14,524 nt of DNA from Chlamydiia bacterium (GTDB lineage Bacteria > Chlamydiota > Chlamydiia > Chlamydiales > Parachlamydiaceae): assembly GCA_038257035.1 (NCBI GenBank), contig JBBSJT010000059.1:1-14524 (forward strand), in the 5' to 3' direction. The notes under the pieces are model-generated. The model had not been told where the DNA came from. It saw nothing but the letters and a program-made list of their open reading frames with translations, and searched no databases. Of this stretch, positions 8,372-14,524 are shown in pieces (the first letter of the stretch is position 1; each line of letters starts with the position of its first letter). A program made the translations under genes and the position numbers.

Positions 8372-8549
8372 TCATGTCGATTTTTCTCTGTTTTTTAGAT
8401 ATATTTATTAAATACACCAAGCCAATCGATATGTTTTCCGGATATGTCGATTTTTTTTCATTTTATAGACATATCCTTAAAACATATCGGTTGCTTAGAT
8501 GTATTATGACAATATGTCATAAAATGAAGAAAAATCGACATATCGATTG
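8372..8549. promoter_or_regulatory. Array of three ~32-bp ATATGTC...GACATAT operator-like boxes with 70-bp period upstream of the Fic remnant
   Basis: Boxes at 8372-8404, 8442-8474 and 8512-8543 (third inverted relative to second and nearly identical); flanking IR AAGCCAATCGATATGTTTT (8419-8437) / AAAACATATCGGTTGCTT (8479-8496). Confidence 0.6.
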
Positions 8550-8567
8550 ATTTTTTTGAATTTATAA

Positions 8568-8942
8568 TATTATGAAAAATTATTAAAAGTCACAACAAAT
8601 GAAGCTTGGCAAGATTGGATTCTTTATTTTTTGAAAGCCATCCTTGAAACTGCTAAGTGGACTACTGATAAAATTCTTTCCATTCAAGAATTGATTGATG
8701 AATCTTGTAAGTTTATTAAAACTAAAGCCCCTACCATATACAGTAAAGAACTTGTAGAGTTACTTTTTATACAACCTTATATAAGAATTTCAAATTTGGT
8801 CGAAATGAATGTTGCAAAGCGGGAGACAGCTTCTAAATATCTAAAAGCTCTATCTGATATTGGATTTGTTGAAGAGGTAAAAAAAGGAAGGGACAAAGTT
8901 TTTATCAATCATCGCTTCTTAAATCTGCTAAAACAGAAGTAA
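8568..8942 (+). pseudogene. 5'-truncated Fic-family (SoFic-like) gene retaining only the last Fic helices and the C-terminal winged-helix domain
   Basis: Frame reads YYEKLLKVTTNEAWQDWILYFLKAILETA...PTIYSKELVELLFIQPYIRISNLVEMNVAKRETASKYLKALSDIGFVEEVKKGRDKVFINHRFLNLL, recognisable as a SoFic-type C-terminus; in-frame TAA at 8565-8567; no HPFxDGNGR catalytic motif upstream. Confidence 0.8.
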
Positions 8943-8956
8943 TGGAAACGGATAAT

Positions 8957-9964
8957 TTAATACCGTTTCCAAGTCACGGTATTCCAATAACGAAAAATGT
9001 TAGTTGATATTGGTCCTAATTGGTCAATCATGATGTTGGTTAATTTGCTGATATGACGACTTTGGAACCATGAGTAACTCTCAGGGTGCTTCCAGGATGC
9101 TGCAAACTGGCTGTAGTAATCCATGTTCTTTTCATCAATATCAATTCTATTAATTCGTTCAATTTTTTTGACCGTTTCAAGGATTATGATTAAATGATTG
9201 AGATTCCAGTCTTGAATTTGAATAGATAATTCCTGAATCGAATGATTATTTTGAAGTGCTTTGAAAAGTAAATTCAAGAATTTTTCATTCAATGGACCTT
9301 TCTTTTCTTTACAGTCAATGTCGATCTCAAGCCTTTTTGGTATTAAAGCATTAATTGTTAATGCTTTCAGATGTAGATTATAGTATAGATGTTCCTTATA
9401 GTCCTGGTAATAGCATTTTAATGATTTTCTATCTTCAAAGAACTCTTTTAAAATTTGAATGGATAACTTAAAATCAATATCAAAAAAAGCCTCCGAATTC
9501 TCATATGTGTAAGCGAAAAAACTATAAACCCTTCTTTGAAGATCGAAGGTTTTGATATCCCATTGCTTATCTAAAAGAATGAAGCAAATGGCATTTCTCA
9601 AAATCTGAATGCGTTCTTCTGAATAGTTTTTCAGGCTTTTAGCTTTTTCAAGATAGTTAGAAATATCCGGCTCAAATACTAAATCTTTTAAATAAGAATT
9701 TAGTTCACGTCTATTTAAAATAAGATCTTCTAATTTTTTTTGCGTATCTGCATTGATTAAGAGCGCAGTCACAGGCCGTATTTTTGGCACCGCTATATGG
9801 AGGGCTTTCATATCCTTCACAGGTAATTTGGACGCGAGAACCATAAAAATGTCGGGGATCATTTCTGAAAAATAATCCTTTTCATAAACGATTTCCAACC
9901 CTCTTTTTTGTGCAGGAGTCCTTGTGTCATAGGAAAAAAACCAATTAAATGCATCAACGATCAT
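8957..9964 (-). CDS. F-box-like / RNI-LRR-like putative effector, array paralogue 3
   Basis: FSEMIPDIFMVLASKLPVKDMKAL (degenerate F-box); INADTQKKLE; NYSEERIQILRNAIC; IDFKLSIQ; LFKALQNNHSIQELSI; IDQLGP; terminal VTWKR. ATG at 9964 preferred to GTG 9997, which lies inside the predicted promoter. Confidence 0.75.
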   Translation of the reverse strand: MIVDAFNWFFSYDTRTPAQKRGLEIVYEKDYFSEMIPDIFMVLASKLPVKDMKALHIAVPKIRPVTALLINADTQKKLEDLILNRRELNSYLKDLVFEPDISNYLEKAKSLKNYSEERIQILRNAICFILLDKQWDIKTFDLQRRVYSFFAYTYENSEAFFDIDFKLSIQILKEFFEDRKSLKCYYQDYKEHLYYNLHLKALTINALIPKRLEIDIDCKEKKGPLNEKFLNLLFKALQNNHSIQELSIQIQDWNLNHLIIILETVKKIERINRIDIDEKNMDYYSQFAASWKHPESYSWFQSRHISKLTNIMIDQLGPISTNIFRYWNTVTWKRY

Positions 9965-9989
9965 AATAAACCCAAATTTTTTAAACAGA

Positions 9990-10018
9990 AGAATCACACT
10001 TCATGCATTAATTGTAAA
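9990..10018 (-). promoter_or_regulatory. Putative promoter of paralogue 3
   Basis: TTTACA-N17-GATTCT on the minus strand, same position as in sister paralogues; weak -10. Confidence 0.35.
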
Positions 10019-10059
10019 TCATTGTTAGTGTTAGAGTGTCAAGAGTATCAATAATTATT

Positions 10060-10571
10060 AACGCCCTAGGTGTCTTTTAGACCACTTGCAGGCTGCAAGC
10101 CTTCATTATAAAACTACTCAAAATAGATTAATAATCATAAAGGAGGCCTACAGCTTGAAAGCAGTTGAATGTAAGACCTAGGGCGTTGCCCAATGTCATC
10201 AAGTTAAGAAAGTTTTATAAGTTAAAGGGCATTTTGATACTTTTATGTTTATGAAGACCGAAGGTCTTAAATTGCAACAGCCTAGGGCACCGCCCTAGGA
10301 GCTAATAATTAAACTATGCAGCCTGTAGGGCTGCAATAAAACCACCTCTTGCAGGCCTTCAGCATGAATTTTTAAATGATAACACACCTAGGGCGTTGCC
10401 CTAGGCTGTTGCAATTTAAGACCTTCGGTCTACAAGACATGTCTATTTGTTATTTCTAAATTCCTAAGTTGACGACATTGGGGGTGCCCTAGGCATTTAT
10501 AAACCAGGGCTTTGCCCTGAAGAAAATATAAAACGTAAAACCCAAGGCTTTTATAATCCAGGGCATGCCCT
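10060..10571. repeat. Cluster of CCTAGGGC REP-like units (outer, degenerate REPIN interrupted by an insertion)
   Basis: ACGCCCTAGGTGTCTT (from 10061) is inverted to AAGACCTAGGGCGT (from 10173); 10142-10190 joined to 10489-10521 rebuilds the unit seen at 4-85; further GGGCATGCCC at 10561-10570. Confidence 0.8.
10191..10480. mobile_element. 290-bp MITE-like element with IS4-like 20-bp TIRs, carrying an internal REP doublet
   Basis: Left end CAATGTCATCAAGTTAAGAA vs reverse complement of right end CAATGTCGTCAACTTAGGAA (17/20); flanks GGGCGTTGCC | GGGGTGCC look like a decayed target duplication; internal 45-bp inverted repeat 10255-10299 / 10387-10431 with 1 mismatch; no ORF in the track. Confidence 0.75.
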
Positions 10572-10607
10572 CAAAAACAATATTACTCTTTAACAGAAAC
10601 AAGATTG

Positions 10608-11507
10608 TCATAAATTTAGCCGTTTCCAGCTCCAGCTACGATCTGTGGAATTAAATTTGCTTGAACGAAATCCTAATTGATTGTTAATTACTTTTTCTAA
10701 CTCATCAATCTGTGGGCTTCTTCCAAACCAACCAAAACTCTTAAACTTAGTATTATTTTCTAAAATTTTAATTTTTTTAATGCTTTTATTATTTTTTATT
10801 ACTGCTAGAATATCATTTAAATCGTCGTCACACCAATTCCAAACATTAAAAACAACCTCATTGATCGATTTATTTTTTTCTAAAGCCTTTAAGATCACTT
10901 TTAAAATTTTTTCATCCAAATTATTTCTTGTACTTGAATTTGTAATTCTAATTTCAAGAAGGCTGGGTTTTAGTTCGTTCGTCGCTAGTAAATCCATATA
11001 GAGGGTAAATTTCTTTTCCTCAGGGAAGTCACTATAATTGCATTTGATTGAAGATTCACATTCTTTAATTTTCACCATTTGAACTGCTAATTTATAATCC
11101 AAATTAAAGCACTGAAACCATTTTATCATAATCCTAGCAGAAGCACTACTTCGTATCACCTGAGAATTAATAGTGCCATCATGCGGTCTCTTTAGTATTT
11201 TATATTCATCCTCAAACAACGAACAAATTGCATTTCTTAAAACTTGAATTCTCCCCTCTGAATAATTTGGATATTTTTGAGCTATAGATAAATAAAGGGA
11301 AAGCTCCGATTTTTTTAACACAAGATCTTCCAATTTCATTTGAGTATTTGCATTGATGAAAGGTTGTGTAATCGGCAACATTTGGGAACAGGTTGCGCCA
11401 AATGCCTTAACAGCGTTAATTGGTAACTCATTTGTTATCAGCGTTAAGGTTTCCATGGGAAGCACTGAGAAGAAATTTAGTTTATTTTGCTTGTTACATA
11501 TATTCAT
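10608..11507 (-). CDS. F-box-like / RNI-LRR-like putative effector, array paralogue 4
   Basis: FSVLPMETLTLITNELPINAVKAFGATC; INANTQMKLE; NYSEGRIQVLRNAIC; LDYKLAVQ; ILKALEKNKSINEV; IKNNKSIKKIKILE; INNQLG; WSWKR; AAGGA SD. Confidence 0.78.
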   Translation of the reverse strand: MNICNKQNKLNFFSVLPMETLTLITNELPINAVKAFGATCSQMLPITQPFINANTQMKLEDLVLKKSELSLYLSIAQKYPNYSEGRIQVLRNAICSLFEDEYKILKRPHDGTINSQVIRSSASARIMIKWFQCFNLDYKLAVQMVKIKECESSIKCNYSDFPEEKKFTLYMDLLATNELKPSLLEIRITNSSTRNNLDEKILKVILKALEKNKSINEVVFNVWNWCDDDLNDILAVIKNNKSIKKIKILENNTKFKSFGWFGRSPQIDELEKVINNQLGFRSSKFNSTDRSWSWKRLNL

Positions 11508-11532
11508 ATTAAAAAATCCTTTTTAACCATAA

Positions 11533-11561
11533 ATTATTCCAGTTAAACCTTTAAATGTAAA
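11533..11561 (-). promoter_or_regulatory. Putative promoter of paralogue 4
   Basis: TTTACA-N17-AATAAT on the minus strand, 25 nt before the ATG. Confidence 0.5.
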
Positions 11562-11658
11562 CAAAAACAACACGCATTAACCTTTAAAATTTAGTTAACT
11601 TTATAAAAATTTTAAAGATTATATGGCAGACCTTCAGCTTACTTTATGTTAAGAAACC

Positions 11659-11850
11659 TTACTTTAAATGGTATTTTTTGAAAGTCCATTCATTTTTTAC
11701 GTAGTCAAAAGAATGTGCTTTAATGAATGCGGGTTGAAGATGTTCGATAATAATGTCCCCTAGCTTTTCATCTGGGCCCGATTCATAATCAAAATAACCT
11801 TCAGAAATTGTAACCCTATGGATCAAATGGTTACTTTTAACAGCTTCCAA
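11659..11850 (-). pseudogene. C-terminal remnant of an array paralogue
   Basis: EAVKSNHLIHRVTISEG...LGDIIIEHL...NEWTFKK aligns by eye with TVIKKNEKINTLIISEA...LNTVINDQL...NEWTFER of 12739-13677; no F-box part; in-frame stop shortly upstream. Confidence 0.65.
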
Positions 11851-11897
11851 AAATAAAGAAGCAATTTGCCTACAAATATAAAACCTTTTGCTTATGG

Positions 11898-12752
11898 CTA
11901 TTTAAACCAAGTCCAACTGATATCGTGACGTGCCACTCTCATTCCTATTTGGTGAAGGATAATTATGTCCAATTCGCTATGATGGGAACTTAATGCTTCT
12001 CGTTCCTTATGCGTTGAAAACTCATTGCCCACCTCAGAAATTATGCCGTAGATAATTCGACTTTTAGTTTTAACGACTTGTAAAATTTCTTTTAAATCGT
12101 TTGGATTCCAGTTATTGGCATTGAGAAACAATTTACAAATAGATTTATTTTTTTGGAGTGTTTTTAAAATCAAGTTCAAGATTTCTTTATCCAACGGAAT
12201 TTCTATTTTATCATCCTTAACAAAATTAATTTCAAGGGATGATGGTTTCATTTCATTGTTGCCAATAACATCCATTGTTGAAATAAACAATTTGTTATCG
12301 TAACAATGGTGATAGATACATTTAATGAATGATGAGTTATTGATAATTTTTACTATTTGAGTAGTCAATTTGTATTCAAGGTTCTTGCACATAGACCAGT
12401 TGTAGCTATTATCGATGTGACGATCAAGTTCTACTATCTCGTTTTTACCTGCAGCTGGCCAAAAAAATTGGGAGCAAATGGTATCCCTTAAAAATTGAAT
12501 TTTATTTTCTGTATTGTTTGTGAAGCCTTTAGCTATTTCAATTTTAGAACAAATAGCGGGTCTGGTTAAAATATATTTTTCTAAAGCGTTTATAGTGTCT
12601 GCATTGATGAACTGCTGTGTGATACGGTGCAGATGGTAACATGTGGTATGAAGTTGCTTTACAGCTTTAATGGGTAATTGGGATGCTATGTGTGTTAGAA
12701 CTTCCGAAGCTAATTCAGATAGATTCGACGTTTGACAATTACAAATGTTCAT
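11898..12752 (-). CDS. F-box-like / RNI-LRR-like putative effector, array paralogue 5
   Basis: Start MNICN (ATG 12752, AAGGA 5 nt upstream) equals the start of paralogue 4; LSELASEVLTHIASQLPIKAVKQLHTTC; INADT; ENKIQFLRDTIC; LEYKLTTQ; ILKTLQKNKSICKL; LHQIG; SWTWFK. Confidence 0.75.
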   Translation of the reverse strand: MNICNCQTSNLSELASEVLTHIASQLPIKAVKQLHTTCYHLHRITQQFINADTINALEKYILTRPAICSKIEIAKGFTNNTENKIQFLRDTICSQFFWPAAGKNEIVELDRHIDNSYNWSMCKNLEYKLTTQIVKIINNSSFIKCIYHHCYDNKLFISTMDVIGNNEMKPSSLEINFVKDDKIEIPLDKEILNLILKTLQKNKSICKLFLNANNWNPNDLKEILQVVKTKSRIIYGIISEVGNEFSTHKEREALSSHHSELDIIILHQIGMRVARHDISWTWFK

Positions 12753-13677
12753 GTGCATCCTTAATATTTCTTTCAAAAGTCCATTCGTTGCCACTTTGTA
12801 TAACTTTAGTTCCTAATTGATCATTAATGACTGTATTTAATTCCATCATGTGATCCTCATGCATTTTAAAAAATATTCCATGGTGTTTGAAATTCCATTG
12901 CCACATATCAAAAGCTTCTGAAATGATAAGGGTGTTTATCTTTTCATTCTTTTTTATTACAGTTAATATTTTATTTAAATCCGATTTATTCCACTCTTTG
13001 TTTTTAAGATTTACCTTGTGAAGATAGGGGTTTTTTAATGCTCTTAAAAGGATTGACATAATTTTTTCATCTAAAGGATTTCCTCCCCCGTAGATCTCAA
13101 ATTTCATTGATTTAGGACTGATTTGATTTTTTGCTAACAAATCCATGGTTAAGAAGAAACGTTTTTGAAGATATTGGTTTTTGTAACTGTATTTGCAAGG
13201 ATAATCTGAATCTTCATGCACAATTTTGAAGAGTTGAGTTGCTAATTTGTAGTCAAAATCACCATATTCCAATAATTTAACTAACACAGACTCTGTCGTT
13301 TGCCTTAATTCTCCATCATAATCACTATTTCCAAGATATATTAGCTTCTCCTCAAAACTGGAGCAAAAGGCATCTCTCAAAGTTTGAATTCTTGCTTCTG
13401 AATAGGCTGGTTGGGCATTAGATTTTTCAATAAAGTAAAATAAATTTTTATTACCCTGTATAGCATTTTCCAAAATCATTTGTATTTTTGCATTTATAAT
13501 TGGTTGTGCTATCGGTTGAAATTTATGTGAAACAGTATGAAGTGTCCTCACATTGTTTATTGGAAGTTGTTGGACTATTAGGCCTAAAACATCTTCAGGC
13601 AGTTTAGAAAAACAATCATTTTGGTCACTTTTTGGTAAAAAAGGAAGGATTGTTGAAAGTGTATTGTAAATATACAT
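12739..13677 (-). CDS. F-box-like / RNI-LRR-like putative effector, array paralogue 6
   Basis: FSKLPEDVLGLIVQQLPINNVRTLHTVSHKF (best F-box match); YSEARIQTLRDAFC; FDYKLATQ; LLRALKNPYLHKVNL; IKKNEKINTLIISE; INDQLG; GGAG SD. Confidence 0.8.
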   Translation of the reverse strand: MYIYNTLSTILPFLPKSDQNDCFSKLPEDVLGLIVQQLPINNVRTLHTVSHKFQPIAQPIINAKIQMILENAIQGNKNLFYFIEKSNAQPAYSEARIQTLRDAFCSSFEEKLIYLGNSDYDGELRQTTESVLVKLLEYGDFDYKLATQLFKIVHEDSDYPCKYSYKNQYLQKRFFLTMDLLAKNQISPKSMKFEIYGGGNPLDEKIMSILLRALKNPYLHKVNLKNKEWNKSDLNKILTVIKKNEKINTLIISEAFDMWQWNFKHHGIFFKMHEDHMMELNTVINDQLGTKVIQSGNEWTFERNIKDAHEHL

Positions 13678-13701
13678 AAAGAAACTCCATTTTTATCAAA
13701 A

Positions 13702-13730
13702 ATCATTGCATTAAGACGTTAAAATGTAAA
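13702..13730 (-). promoter_or_regulatory. Putative promoter of paralogue 6
   Basis: TTTACA-N17-AATGAT on the minus strand, 24 nt before the ATG. Confidence 0.5.
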
Positions 13731-13752
13731 TAATTTATTAATTCAAATTGCT

Positions 13753-13962
13753 TGTTAGCCACGAATGTGACGAAAGTATGTAGCCGCAGGTGTGAATCCG
13801 CGGACCATCCAAGAGCAAAAAAGAGCTGCGTTAGCTGCGACAGAGTCAATAAATGATTTAGTATGGTTTTCTGTCGCCACATACGTGGCTTATTTTCTTA
13901 TTATCTACTATCCGCGGGTTCACACCCGCGGCTACATGCTAGTCCCGCATTCGTGGCTAGCA
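13753..13962. repeat. GTAG-type REP doublet (REPIN-like)
   Basis: 52-bp arms 13753-13804 and 13911-13962 are imperfect inverted repeats, each with GTAG followed by the palindrome CCGCRGG-TGTGA-AYCCGCGG; inner GCGACAGA / TCTGTCGC pair. Confidence 0.85.
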
Positions 13963-14101
13963 CGGGGTCCTCTGAACCAAATCAAAAATCTAAGCCTATA
14001 AGGCTGATTTTTAGTTTTTTTGAAGTATAAGAAAGTGTTTTACTGCTAACTGACTTTGTGTTAATCTTCTACAGGAGTTAATAAAAAAAGGATTGCAAGT
14101 T

Positions 14102-14524
14102 TTGAAAAAAAAAATTTTAGGTGTCATACCTGCAAGATTCGAAAGTACACGATTTCCCGGTAAGCCTCTCGCTAAAATTTTAGGCAAAACTTTAATCCAA
14201 CGCACCTACGAAAATGCCAAAAATTGTGAAGATTTAGATGATCTTATTGTGGCAACCGATGATCAGCGCATTTTTGACCATGTAATAGCGTTCGGTGGAA
14301 AAGTTGTCATAACTTCCAATTGCCAAACAGGAACCGACAGAATTGCAGAAGTTGTTCTTTCAAATAAAGAGTATAACGAATATGACACAATCATCAATAT
14401 TCAAGGTGATGAGCCCTGTATAGAAACGGATGTTATTTCAAAAGTTATCGATGCGTTAGATGAGCAAGCTTCCATATCTACTGCTGTTATGAAATTGGAA
14501 AACGAAATGGAGGCCTTAGACCCT
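14102..14524 (+). CDS. kdsB: 3-deoxy-manno-octulosonate cytidylyltransferase (CMP-KDO synthetase), 3'-truncated by window end
   Basis: Own translation (absent from track): LKKKILGVIPARFESTRFPGKPLAKILGKTLIQRTYENA...IVATDDQRIFDHV...TGTDRIAEV...IINIQGDEP; TTG start at 14102 (alternative 14093) with AAGGA upstream. Confidence 0.95.
   Translation, partial: MKKKILGVIPARFESTRFPGKPLAKILGKTLIQRTYENAKNCEDLDDLIVATDDQRIFDHVIAFGGKVVITSNCQTGTDRIAEVVLSNKEYNEYDTIINIQGDEPCIETDVISKVIDALDEQASISTAVMKLENEMEALDP

Noticed and set aside
8372..8549. CRISPR mini-array interpretation (~32-bp repeats, ~37-bp spacers)
   Set aside because: Third copy is inverted, copies are degenerate, spacers themselves contain related half-sites, and there are no cas genes in the window; operator array fits better.
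8631..8942. Calling this a complete Fic toxin or toxin-antitoxin module
   Set aside because: No catalytic HPFxxGNGR motif and no partner gene; homology continues upstream of the TTG to a stop, indicating truncation.
10060..10571. CRISPR, attC/integron or tRNA interpretation of the repeat cluster
   Set aside because: Units alternate in orientation, lack attC RYYYAAC/GTTRRRY ends, and show no cloverleaf or T-loop consensus.
7893..12303. ORFs 7893-8102, 10681-11001, 12115-12303 (+)
   Set aside because: Antisense shadows of the F-box paralogues.
13792..14001. 69-aa ORF on +
   Set aside because: Lies mostly within the GTAG REP doublet; no SD or protein motif.
13984..14012. Hairpin AAAAATC..AGCCT-ATA-AGGCT-GATTTTT as terminator
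   Set aside because: Short bulged stem between divergently transcribed genes, with no gene ending nearby; function cannot be supported.
14011..14205. 64-aa ORF on -
   Set aside because: Antisense to the conserved 5' end of kdsB.

Overview
AT-rich bacterial window, most likely from an environmental (amoeba-associated) Chlamydiota genome, judged from the chlamydial-style KdsB and the F-box expansion. Left: a translationally coupled minus-strand moxR-DUF58-DUF4381-batA-batB operon (317-5403). Middle: a tandem minus-strand array of six paralogous ~300-aa proteins with an N-terminal F-box-like motif and RNI/LRR-like C-terminus, plus one C-terminal remnant and one small ORF with an internal F-box-like motif (5729-13677). 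A truncated SoFic-type Fic gene (wHTH part only), preceded by a 70-bp-periodic operator-like repeat array, interrupts the array. Right: 5' part of kdsB. The intergenic spaces hold three families of REP/REPIN-like palindromic elements. The most unusual feature is a 290-bp non-coding element with IS4-like terminal inverted repeats (10191-10480) that carries a REP doublet inside it and is itself inserted in the centre of a REP hairpin of the same family; a second element of similar design probably ends at 235.
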